From: Nemertoderma westbladi
Taxonomy: Eukaryota > Animalia > Xenacoelomorpha
Assembly (NCBI GenBank): GCA_032718475.1
Contig: JAUCBJ010000442.1
Location: forward strand, 1-37,856
Length of the DNA: 37,856 nucleotides
Direction of reading: 5' to 3'
Shown: piece by piece, positions 11,635 through 23,501 of the stretch
How positions within the stretch are numbered: the stretch's first letter is position 1
How the letters are laid out: the number at the start of each line of letters is the position of its first letter
Notes under the pieces: generated by a model
Database searches by the model: none
The model's input: only the letters and a program-made list of their open reading frames with translations
What the model was told of the DNA's origin: nothing
Position numbers and translations under genes: made by a program

Positions 11635-12345
11635 ACCACTTGGTTAGAAAATCGAATGGTGCAGTTATCATCGACCCATGTGGCCTTGGAGCCAGTAGAA
11701 GAGATTCAGAGATGGTCAAAGGCCGAAAATAAGAAAGTTACTGTTGGTCAACCAGCGATTGTAAAAGAGTATAACTCGAGGATGGGAGGCGTGGTTCTCT
11801 GCCATATGTTGAGATCACTATGTGACCATAAGTGTACGAAATGGTATAGAAGAGTCTTCGTGTGGTCACTAAATGTAGCAACAGTAAATGCATGGTTGCA
11901 TTATAAGAAGGACGCAAAGAACGACACAACCCGTTTGTTGAAATCCAAAAAAATGGATTTGTTGTCCTTTACAGAAGCCATATCAACATCTTTGCTTTTC
12001 CTCGATAAGATGCTGCCATTGCTGGTGAGGAAGCGAGGCCATCCAGGAGGAGACTCTGCTACCTCTAGTCCAGCACCAAGTGTTTCGGGGGCGTTTGTGG
12101 GATTTGAGACTGATAGAGTGTCAACTCCACGTCACCATAGGTCGAATGCCCCTTCTCCTGCCATGGATATACGGCATGATAAAATTGCCCATTTCCCTGG
12201 GATGGTCCCAGTATCTGATTGACAGCGCTGCCGTCACTGCGGCATGAAATCACAGATATCATGCCTTAAATGCTCTATCTTCCTGTGTATACGACCGGAT
12301 CGAAACTTCTTTCTAGACTACCATTGTATAGGGTACACACACTAA
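11635..12345 (+). pseudogene. piggyBac transposase, C-terminal half (5'-truncated, inactive)
   Basis: W-x-ENRMVQLSST, QRWSK, PAIVKEYNSRMGGVVLCH (normally MGGVDxxD, so the third catalytic D is lost), KWYRRVF, VNAWLHY. After an in-frame TGA (12220) comes the cysteine-rich domain QRCRHC..CLKCSIFLC..YH* (stop 12343-12345). Confidence 0.92.
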
Positions 12346-13152
12346 CAATAGTACAATTATAACAGTTCGCTGATGGCTCGCAGTTTTCACTCGCCCGCCC
12401 TGCATAACTAATGTGAGGGAGAATCGCAATCACGATACAACTTTCTGAGTCTGCACACTAGGCAGCCGGGCAATAGCTATTAGAACCGAAACACTCAGTG
12501 GTGTCGTGTTCACTAAGTCCCCACATATATCATGATGCATCCATATATCGATTCGATATATAGCTTATATCTATTATTAACCCATATTATCCTGAATTAA
12601 CTTTTCATGGAGCCAAGAAAACAAAAATGGTACATAACTAAGTAAATGTATCAAAGTAAATAGAAAAATTTTTTTTTTTCTAATTTCTGTTTTTGGGGCC
12701 AGACTACAGACTGTGCACTATAGTGCACGCTAGGACATTTCACCAATCTAATTTTGCAGAGTTGCAAAAATGCATGGAAATATAGATTTATATCCTGAAC
12801 CTATATACACCGATCAATCAATAACTCAGAACTCTTTTCTACCTCTTTTCTACTCACACACGGCGGGGACGCGTAAATTAGAAACCAAAACCGGATAAAC
12901 CGGGATCCTCCGTGGATCCCGTCACAGGAGTTACGCATGTTTGTTTTCATTTTGTCTTTTTTCTTACTCTCAATGTAGTGATGAAATGTAGATGTAATGT
13001 ACTGTATGGTAGTTACAGGTGTATGGTAGTTATTATTATCAATATTTGTGAAGTCAACCAATATTAAAAGTTATGAATTCAATCATGGAAATTAAAAGTA
13101 ATTTTTATATGTTATTCTGTAAGTGTATTGTATTTTGCAGTATTTAACTTAA

Positions 13153-14759
13153 CCCTCCCTATTAGTACCGGGCTATAAAATGTTGTACAAATACCGCGGG
13201 GGGGGGGGGGGGGGGGGGTCATATTGACCCCCCCCCCCCCCCCCCCCTCTAAAATCTACAAATATTTACGAAAACGTTTGTACATACATACATTTTTGTT
13301 TGTACATAGGTATCACTTCTCTGGATTTTCGAAAAAATGTACTGGGGTGGTTATATTGCAGCACCAAAATTACAAGTAGCGCACAATTTTCACAATATTT
13401 GAAAGTTACATCTTCGGCTAATTATTTTTCAATACAGGTTTTCTGGGGTGCAAAATACATTGGAAAATATTTAAAAATGATATGATTACTATAAATGGCT
13501 GTTTAGTCCTCTCTGCGTAGGAAAAACATGAAAAAAACAAGTAACCAGAACTTTTCAGTTAGAACACAAAATTTTTAATTCACTTATACGATGCTATAAA
13601 TTCACATTTTCAGGTTTTCGAGGGCGCTGATTCTAATGGATTACATTTCTAATATGCCAGATCATTGCTACTTGTATTTTTCGGCGTAATTTGGCAAATT
13701 TTGGTGCTAGCACCAAATTTCGTACCCATCACCAAAAAGAACAAGTTTGCGATGTCCAGTGTTGTTTTTATGGATTCCATCGGATTCAGGACCCTCATAA
13801 ACCCGTATAACGCAAGAAACAAGGTGATACTATCTACTGATCAATTTGCATATTTTCCAAAATTTGGTGCTGGCACAACAATTTTCACCCATTGGCGAAA
13901 AATACCAGTTTGTGAACTCTTATGAAATTTTTACTGATTCCATTGAATTCAGACAAACACAAACCCGTCACAAACACAAATCCATCACAAACCCGTATAT
14001 CGCAAGAAACAAGGTGACACAATCAATTGATATATTTGATGGTTTTCAAAATTTGGTGCTAGCACCACATTTTGCACCCACATCCGAAAAATACAAGTTT
14101 GAGATGTCTAGTTCGATAATTATATATTCCATTGAATTCAGAACAGCCATAACCTCTAAAACGCAAGAAATAAATTGTCACAAGCAATTTTATCTATCGA
14201 ATGAATTTTCAAAATTTCGTGCTGAAATTTGCACACAGCACCGAAAAATACAAGTTTGATACATAGTTTTGATACAAGTTTGATCGTATATATTTCATCG
14301 AATCCAGAACCTCAAAAAACCCAAATTGCGTAAAAAACAAGTTTCAAACAATCAATTTACAAAATTGACATAATTCAAAATTTGGTGCTGGCACCAAAAT
14401 TTGGCACCCACCGAAAAAAAACAAGTTTGAAATTTCTAAATCAATATATATGAATTCCATCAAATTTCTAACACCAAAAAACCGGTGTAAAAAAAAAATA
14501 GAGATGTTACAATTCATATTTAATGAAATGTAATTTTCAAAAAACGTCTCAAAAAAAGTGCCAAAAGTAGGGTTAAAAAATGGTGCTATAACTCGAAAAG
14601 TACCCAATATTTTTGAAAACGGTTTTCATTACCATGAAGACAATAGATTTTTAGGAAAATTCATAAAATTTCAGATTGCCAACTGCGTTTGTTTCAGAAT
14701 TATAATAAAAAAAACCACGGGGGGGGGGTCATATTGACCCCCCACCGGGTTTAATAGGG
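13153..14759. mobile_element. Non-autonomous piggyBac-type element with an internal satellite
   Basis: TTAA at 13149-13152 and 14760-14763. CCCT(CCCT)ATTA / TAATAGGG termini. Subterminal palindrome Gn-TCATATTGA-Cn at both ends. About 5 degenerate 165-190 bp repeats carrying TTTGGTGCT(A/G)GCACCA and ATTCCATTGAATTCAGA (~13690-14480). Confidence 0.85.
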
Positions 14760-17700
14760 TTAAGGGGAGCAATGCCGGTACAAAAAAATTTTTTCTAAAT
14801 CTAATAAATCTAATAAATCAAATCTGTAAAATTCAGATCCTTCAACAATTCTAGTCAATTAAGATATCGTAGCATTTACCGATATTCTTAAAAAGACAAT
14901 TGTCATAGAATTAAGGATCTTGTGTCCCCAGACATGTTCTAGAATCAAAATATGTCAATTTAATTATCAAATAATAAAATTTCAGGGAATAAATTTAAAT
15001 TCATGCCTTTTAATGAATTTAATAAATTGTTATTTTTACGCAATTTATAACATTCCCAAAATTCCATTAATTAATAGATCAAGGGAGCGGAGATTTATCT
15101 TATCATGCGTACGAGTGTGTGAAAGTCTCCCAAACATAGTCAATAGCCGATAAAATTCATAAAGTCATGTATAAAACAGAACATTGACTATTAAAGAATA
15201 CTATTAAATAACATCCCAGATCTGTATGCATTGGAATTACTCTAATTCTACCGCTAGCTTTGCATAATGTCACCATAGCAACAACCACGCTAGAATTAGA
15301 ATTGAGTTAAAAGAACAATAGAAAGCTTGTCCCATTGAATAGCATAGGGAATAAATAGTGCACTGATAGTATCCAAAGATACATAATAATACAGTGACAT
15401 TCTGGAAGGCATTGACTAACGGACAAGTGACCCGAGTGTGTGTAATTTGTGACAAGTTGTGTGTGTGGTACTTGTGAGTTTATAGGCGAATGTTACTACT
15501 AAGGTGTGTTTACAGTAGCCAGTCGCAATCGTAAAGTAACCTAACTCTCCAAGGAAAACCTGAAGTACATCTAAGCCTTTGGGACGGACAGTTGAGTGAC
15601 TTGTGCCGGTTGTCGTTGTCGTTGTGCGGCTACGTCGTTGGCGAAAGTACAGCGGCGACGACACATCGGCGCTGAGGATCTCGTACTGTCCGGGGGTTGA
15701 TTGGGGTAGGTAGCGACGCCCGCTCGCCTAAATGTGGACTCATTATAATATGGATAAACTCATATATAGCAGATATGACGGAGTTGATAGAAGATGGTCT
15801 TGGTATCGGGGAGCGATATACTCTACTTTTACAAGCGTTTGTTGATAGCTTAATACGCGGCGACGTTAGTCCAACTGCTGCGGAGGACGATGGTCGTTAT
15901 ATCGAACCGCCAATGTCCCAAGAGCAGCTCGCGCGAGTTGGACTATAGAAAATTCGCTGCTCGATATACGCGGCGTAATGGTACGTATATGGGCTTCTTA
16001 ACTACTGGTCATCCTATCGATTTACACAATACAGACTATGTCGACTATATATCCTGCCCAGCGGAGTCGGAACCATAAACTGAAATTCGAATGCGAAAAT
16101 TATATTCGAAATTGACTCGAAAGAAAAGACACTAAAGAAACAAATGGTCGCGGTAACTCCAACGTATATTTGGAATTCTTGATAGAAGCATTGTAACAAC
16201 AAATAAATATCACCCGCGTTTACCCTACCAGACGTGCGTCTTTGGTATTATTACGATAAATGCCCTAGACTCAACTAATAAACGGAAAGACATAAACATC
16301 CACGTAAACCGAAACTTGTTGACGTATCACCTATGCTCACTCGGCTCGAACGATCCTGGAGTAAACCTACGATCAGAGTCCCGGAATACTCGGTCAAACC
16401 TCCTCATTCCTTAGTTGGACCTCAGACCTGCGATCCTGGTGGTGTCGCGGAACCTCGCGGACTGTATTCACTGTTCAAAGATCTAGTGCTACCCTAACAA
16501 TTAATCGGTAACACTCCGACAGTGATTTCTAGCTAGCCGCCCATCTTACCTAGCCGGATTGTGACGCGGACACCTAATATCACTATCCAACCGTATGGTC
16601 GTTCCCGTTTAACGCGATACAACCCCTCATCAAGGTGAAGGAGAGCGTTGTACGAAACGAGTTAAACGCTATTCTATAAAGATCAAAAAAGAAACCTGCG
16701 TTTGTTCATATAAACGTAAGTTATAACAGTAAGTCCAATCGATAAACGAATTGGCCTTATCTCAATTCGATTGGGAAATCCAGAATCTCTAAGAAGTTAT
16801 CGAACTTGGACGATCCTATTCTCTGCGAGAGTTTTTGGATGAACGTATCCAGCTACGAGCGGAGGAAAATCAGCTCGAGGAGAAGCATATCGAAACGGCA
16901 GATACCTCGACCATAATCCTACACCTTCTGATGCAATCATATTGCACCCTTCACCCAGGAGTTATGGCCCTCCTAGTAAAGTGGCTCCCCCCCAAAGTGA
17001 AAAGGACTCTTGCTAGCCTCAAGAAACTGCGTAAACGCCGTCCGCGCAAGAAAGACTAACTGTTTAGAGTATTTTTATATTTTAGAAACTGTGATTTGTT
17101 ATATTTTATAGACTTAAATCCCATTTTCTGGGAGCGGTGTAAAAGCTTTTGTGGGATAACTGATTCGTTTGCCTTGTTGGCCAGTTCCCCCCCAGTCGCT
17201 AAGAATACTCTCAAAGTGATCTATAGTTAAAAATAGTGCAAGTTACCAGCTTATTGGCTGATTTGCTGTACGCAGGCATCTGGGCTCTGTTTAATCGGCC
17301 AACAAGCCTAGGGAGGTTGCGTCATAGCCTTGTTTTTGTATCTCCCAATAGAATTTGAGTTAGCCTTGATTTTGACCTATCACAGAGCTGCTGAACTGAA
17401 AATTTCCTATCTCACTGCTCTTTCTCTGTGTTGAACGGGAGCTTCGTGGAATAAGGGAGTTGGTATCCTCGTATAGAGCAGTAGTCACGAGTTTTTCAAA
17501 GCCACGAAAGAACGGCTTTTTAGTGTTTTATGTTTTCTGCTTTTTAGCGCAACACTAGTAGGTTTAATTATAAGGACATATATCCTTTAACTGCACCTCG
17601 CATTTAACTCGCATTTGACACACCGTAGTCACGGCCTTTAATAACTGGCTTTGTGAATACTGCATACTGCTATTTGTTGTCGGTTATTCATTATATTTGT

Positions 17701-18329
17701 TGATGAATTATTATATTGGAATAACGAGAAATAACCCCGACACCCAATATTCTTGATATATCGAAGGTAAGAGAGAAAGGTTACAGATAAACGATTGTGA
17801 GTTATGTTAAAGTGGTTTGAAGTGAATCTAATGTTATTTGATAGACCCTACATGAGTCAGTCTGTGTTCCTTTTATATGTGACTAAAATCAGTGAAGATC
17901 GGCAGATTAGTGTGCAGTATTGTGCAGCATTGTGTATGAGTGAGTCTGTTAAAGAAGCATTCCTAAAGAATGCGCCATATATGTGAATTATAATTAAGCC
18001 ATATCGTTGTGAGTAGTTTAAGTCATAACTCTGTTTATATAGATAAAGCGCCACGTCCTAAAGGAACTGTTAATATTACCGAAGGTGAATAATATTGTCA
18101 GAGATTATATAATACTGTCAGTCGAATAATACATTAGGCTTACATAGCAATAAAATTAAACCGTCGAACCCAATCTCCCGGGAATATCCAGCGGGTGAAT
18201 GATCGCGCACAGATTGGTTTCGACTAGTGTAGTGAATCAAATACTTGTCATAGGCTAAAAAGCGATTTATTATCTAGAAGACATTCTAATTTGGCGGGTT
18301 AAACTGCCAAAGGTCTGAAAGCGCGAACA

Positions 18330-19448
18330 GCCTTTCCTATTTCTCCTATCCTTGCGGTATAAATTGTATCCCGGAATTGTGACTGGTTTGTCACTGTTGT
18401 GTCGTTTGAGCCACGTTTCAGTCACTGACACTATAACATTCCTGGATCCCAGCAAAGCATGGCGTAATTCGTCGATATGTTTTATTAAGCTTCTTGCATA
18501 AATTTGTAGAAGAATGAGACCATTTTGATTTTGATTTAAGTATGTCCGTATGTCCTGTATGGGGTCATTTTTGGTTGACTGTCCTGTGTTTTTATCTACA
18601 GTCGGTCCTGGGTTTGGGTGAATATCTCCGGATCGTAATAGTAATGCGTTAACAGTAAGGGAAATAATTATCACAAGGTCTAGTAATGTACGTCTGTAAA
18701 GTTGAATACATGCAATATTAGATTTTAAGATACAATATAGTAGTTGTCTCTTTATTTTATTTTTGTTTATTAAGTACGTATAGTTTCTTGTATGTGGCTG
18801 TTTGGTAGCTATGTAAAATGCAATAATGTTGTTAGAGTTGTAATTGTACATTATATAGGATATACTATTTGGAGTTATTATCTGAGCTGCAAGTATTTGT
18901 AAGATAATGTTTTTGCTTTTGTTATTGAATTGAGGATCAGACCACATAAATCTGGAGAAAATTAAGCAAGCATTTATAATATTAAAATATTGTTTAACAT
19001 TTTCAGAGTTACATGCCGCGGATCTGCTCCCGTGACGGCCAAATAGTAATTTCACATTGTTTATTTGAACAAAATATATAATTATCAAACTGAAAATAAT
19101 TCTGATCATACGGTATCTATATTTGTCGTTGCGGGTAAACTTGAAATAGTGAATTCTGCCCTTCCCCCTGTGACGACTGTATTTTAAGTAATTATTTATT
19201 ATTGTGTACGCGTACAATATTGCAATAGGTAAAAACGCAAGTAGTACTAGTGCAATTACAGTACAAATCAAGATATAGAATACTGCTAGTAAAATCACAA
19301 ATGATGTCAAAATAAAGATTAATAATGTTATCTTAATATAATTTGTATACATTGATATTAATAAAAGCATAAAAATTGCTGTTAAGTATGATAATATTAG
19401 AGATTCTGTAAATATGAAAAATAATTGATTATACATGTAGTTGCTCAA
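18330..19448 (-). pseudogene. LINE (CR1/L2 group) ORF2 N-terminus: hydrophobic leader, 2A-like peptide, truncated AP endonuclease
   Basis: LLLRSGDIHPNPGP (18603-18644), then APE motifs LLQIYARSL (N-x-RSL), VSVTETWL, IPGYNLYRKDR..RKG. Homology stops at ~18330 and there is no RT domain. Confidence 0.9.
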
Positions 19449-19587
19449 ATTAAAATCAATATCACAAATGCTGAGTGAGTCATTAATTAATATAGTGTGA
19501 TAATAGTGAATAAATAATGCTGTATATTAGTCATTGTGGTTTAATTGGTTTAATTGGGGTGTTTGTATGCATAAATAATATATTGAT

Positions 19588-20781
19588 TCAGGCATCTATT
19601 GCCTGTAAAAAATGTATTAAAGCCCCTATTACGCGTTTATTGCACCCGGTAGGTTTACTAAGAGTGGTATCCACTAGAACTGTTGACTGTACCTTGGACT
19701 GTCGGATGGCACTCGGGTGGGGTTTTGGGTACGATCCTGGCTGAGGTTCCGGTTGGGAACCACGATGAGGTTCCGGGAAGGAATGAGGCTCGGGATCATG
19801 GAAGGAACCACGCTGAGGTTCAGGGTAGGGACCACGCTGGGGTTCCGGGTAGGAACCACGCTGAGGTTCCGGGTAGGAATGAGGCTCGAGTTCATGGGAG
19901 GAACCACGCTGATGTTTAGGGTAGGAACCATGCTGAGGTTCCAGGTAGGAACCATACTGAGGTTCACGCTAGGAACCACGCTGAGGTTCACGATAGGAAC
20001 CACGCTTAGGTTCATGGTAGGAACCCCGCTGAGGATCCGGGAAGGAACCACGCCGAGGTTCCGGGTTGGAACCACGCCGAGGTTCCGGGTTGGAACCACG
20101 CCGAGGTTCCGGGTTGGAACCACGCTGAGGTTCCAGGTAGGAATCACGCTGAGGTGCATGGTAGGAACCACCCTGTGGATCAAGGAAGGAACCACGCTGA
20201 AGCTCTGAGTAACCTCTCCCGGTCCCTGGCTGATATGCTGAAGACGGAGGCTGTCTGAATCGTGAGTTACCATTGTTTGGGTTGTATGGTGTCTGTATGA
20301 GACCCGCCTGATGTGTTGGCATCGCGTTGGGTAGCCGCCACGGCGCTGGCCGCGAGTAGATCACCGGTCGAGTCGGAATGTCGCCTGTGGTGGAATTATC
20401 AGGAGCACGAACACGCTCAGATTGCGGTCTTACCTTGTCGATAATAGATCGCACTAGTAGGCGAATATTGCTTTCTTTAATGTGTTTATTGTCATATAAA
20501 TGAGTAAGTAAAATGTTCGAATGATCAACATATGTGCAGTTATTCTTACTCGTTATTCCACTGATCAACTCATTTAGTTTATCCACCTCCTTGTCTTTTC
20601 TACATAGTACCGACGATACAACTACATGACACCTCGGCCATGTTTCCTTTGCAAACTTTACTCCATTTTCTATATATTTACACACCTGATGGGCCGACTC
20701 CTTGTCGAAGTCATTAGTTCCGGTTAATATAAACACAGAGTCGATGTTTTTGTCGCGGTCCGACGCGGACTTTTCCCGCAC
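19588..20781 (-). pseudogene. LINE ORF1, SGNH/esterase type, with an 8-aa repeat tail (5'-truncated)
   Basis: VFILTGTND block and YDNKHI (D-x-x-H), followed by (EPQRGSYx)n. The premature TAG at 19969 interrupts a frame that otherwise runs to TGA at 19588. Upstream of and co-oriented with the APE ORF. Confidence 0.85.
19740..20202. repeat. 24 bp coding minisatellite in LINE ORF1 (~19 copies)
   Basis: GGAACCACGCTGAGGTTCCGGGTA-type unit; explains the several overlapping repetitive ORFs. Confidence 0.95.
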
Positions 20782-21540
20782 TTTACAATTTTTTGAAGCA
20801 ATAATTCTGATACATAAACTGCTGCAGGTTTTCCAAACTGCTTTTTTATACAGAACCGATAATTGGTTTTTCTAAGAAACACAAGCACTATAATATTTTA
20901 GTTCATTTTCTTGATGTACAGTACTAAAGTATGCACACAAAGTCGTACGAATGTCCCGCACTTTACATAGAATGAGCCTGAATTGTTTTGCTGGAGAACA
21001 CAACACATTCAATATAATCAATATCAATAATAAGAACAAATGCATCATACAATGGTATTGATAATAATAAAATCACTGCAGAGGGACAGCGGGAAATTCA
21101 AATTCACATTAAAAATGTTATTCTGTATTAAATAACAATGAGAAACTGGTTCTGCATGTAAAAAAATCGTAATAATGGTAATATGCCTACTGTATAGTAA
21201 TATTGACTATGTTTACATACAGGTGACTCATAATGCAATATTATGATAATGTAATGTAGATAAATAACAAGTTAATTACAAAAATATCATTCAATTCTCG
21301 ATTTTTTAATTGAAGAAATAAGTATTTAGTCCTAATATTATTACTCCCGAATATATATAATGTAGTTTTAATAAATAGGGAATTGAAGACAATAATTTAA
21401 TTTTCCAAAAGTTTTTCTTTAACGCTCGGTGACTATTGGATTCTGGAAAGGGAAGGATTGAAGGATCAATTTATAAAAATTATACAAGTCATGTTTTACT
21501 AAATAATTTTGATAGGTAATGACCGACCGACTAACTGGAT

Positions 21541-21720
21541 TAATATCCCGCATCAATGTAGGTAAAGGGGCAGGTTACAGTGGCACGTTATTTTAACCAA
21601 AACAATAAACTAAATACAATAAAACAGGTAACAGTTTTATTTTTGAGAGTATTCATCTGTTATTTGCGTCCAATTTCACCTGGAGAGGGATGAATTTTTA
21701 TTGCGTTCAGTTTTCCTCCT
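21541..21720. mobile_element. Small repeat element, left-truncated copy of the 24227-24470 MITE
   Basis: Collinear match: TAATATCCCGC.TCAATGT..GCAGGTTACAGTGGCACG.TATTTTAACCAAAACAA..TTTTGAGAGTA.TCATCTGTTATTTGCGTC..TGAATTTTTATTGCGT.CAGT. Confidence 0.85.
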
Positions 21721-21804
21721 TTATCTTAATACATATGGTAAAATAACGATTATATACCGAATATAATACTATAATTAACTAAACTTCTTCGTTCTTGAAC
21801 TTAC

Positions 21805-22081
21805 CCCTTCCAGTTGTAATTGTGGGATATTTATGTTGAAGCCAGAGACTTCTTCTGAATGCAGACATATCTGCTTTGGCGGACATACCACTGTTGGTGC
21901 TATCGCAATAGTAGGGTTGTTCGCTTCAACCAAGGGGATTACTCCCTGGGATTTGTTCCCGCGGTAGGCCGGCTCCCATATTTCCACTACATTCCCGATA
22001 CCCACATCGCGGGTGAAAAATCTATTACTTTCGGCGTTCCCATGGTTTATTACAGCGAACGTTTGCGCTGTCGACAAATCC
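21805..22081 (-). pseudogene. Exon of a diverged paralogue of unknown gene A
   Basis: TTTTAG|G acceptor and GGG|GTAAGT donor. Open 277 nt: DLSTAQTFAVINHGNAESNRFFTRDVGIGNVVEIWEPAYRGNKSQGVIPLVEANNP...SEEVSGFNINIPQLQLEG. Aligns end to end with exon 7104-7393, with the same splice phases (2 and 0). Confidence 0.75.
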
Positions 22082-22239
22082 CTAAAACCATATAAATTAA
22101 TTGAAGTGAAAGTTCAACATTAAAGACATAATAACGGAAATCAGTCAATGCGCTATATAGTATAAAATACAATTTTGTTCATAAACGAAAACATATAAAA
22201 TATTTTGTCACTAAAACATACTGCTCGCGTATATGGTGT

Positions 22240-22615
22240 AAACCGAGGACTTTTGCGTAGTACATTACCCGCGAACCGAGGACTTGTAACGAACCGAGGA
22301 CGTCCTCGGTTCGCAGTGACAGCAGAAATGAAATCAGCAACCCCAAATTACCCCAGATCTGTATTTTTATTGAATTCCGCTGTGGTCCTCGTTTTGAATG
22401 CATTTTCCTACACTGCTGTGTATGTGTTTCTGAGTATGAAGGTCCTCGGTTTGTTTGTATTCTACGCGAAGTCCTCGGTTTCCGGTGCCAAAATAAACAC
22501 TTTTGTTTTCAACCAACTGAGGACCCGAATACAAACCAAGGACCCGAATACAAACCGAGGACCCGAATACAAACCGAGGAGCCGAATGCAAACCTAGGGG
22601 CCGAATACAAACCGT
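22240..22615. mobile_element. Small inverted-repeat element built from AACCGAGGAC motifs, with a 19-bp tandem array
   Basis: Direct motifs at 22240-22301, palindrome CGAACCGAGGACGTCCTCGGTTCG at ~22290-22313, inverted motifs at 22442-22481, then (GACCCGAATACAAACCGAG)n. Confidence 0.65.
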
Positions 22616-22914
22616 ACAAACTTGAACAAGGTGATGGTATAATAATGCTTAAGCGGCTCAATAAAATCAATGAAGAATGAAAAAATGACAGATATTCTGA
22701 ATTTGGTAATAGAGAAATAACTTTTAACAGCATTTATTTATTCAACTATGTATATTTTAGACTTTATTAATGTTAACGAAGGCCAATATCAATAAAATTG
22801 ATTATCCAAATGACAGTAATTCAGTTTCCGATGAAATATTAAGTAATCAGATAGCCGTAGAAAAATTATGTTATTATTATACTGTATGTCAGAATGTACC
22901 CAAAAAACCTAAAA
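22331..22914 (+). repeat. Direct repeat copy 1 (partner 34851-35453)
   Basis: Near-identical sequence from AAATCAGCAACCCCAAATTACCCC to GTACCCAAAAAACCTAAAA. Copy 2 has one extra 19-bp unit. Confidence 0.97.
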
Positions 22915-23501
22915 TCTACTGTACTATAATAAAATAGCACATATTAACCGGCTGATAATAGTAGGCCTAATACTAAATTTTTTGTTAAAAATGTGAATAA
23001 TTTGTATAAACGTACAAATTAGTTATGCTATGCATATGTATTAAGTCTATGCATATGTCTCTAATGCATATGTCATATGTCTAGTTATGCTATGTCATAA
23101 ATTATATTTTATCTACTATATACAGCACACTATAATGATTGTTTGTGAAAATTTACATTATTTTTCAGACTCCAAGATAACATCACCTAACATAACAATA
23201 ACATCGGGTATTATACTGTATGTAGGCTATTATACGGAAGAAATTATAAAAATTACTAGAGGAATTATCGGTATTATACTGTGTATATTACAAAATAAAT
23301 TTGTCAAAAAAATGCTAGAAAAAAACTAAAACTACTGTATGAAATAGCACATATGTTTTAGCTGCAAAGGTTATATTTGACCTAAACGCACTACAGTAAT
23401 ACTGATTATTGAAACTTATTTCCTATTATTTACGTATTTATTTATACAGCTACATATTGAGTATACATTTTGTTTAAATGAAACATTTTTTATTGTTCCT
23501 A

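Noticed and set aside
13665-14607. ORFs inside the piggyBac-type MITE as a transposase
   Set aside because: They translate the internal satellite and show no DDD motifs.
14760-14800. TTAA|GGGGAGCAATGCC as a Kolobok-type terminus
   Set aside because: I found no matching inverted end in the window.
19674-20273. Alternative-frame ORFs over the 24-bp repeat, and antisense ORFs within the Gypsy and YR genes
   Set aside because: These are shadows of the real coding frames or of the repeat periodicity.
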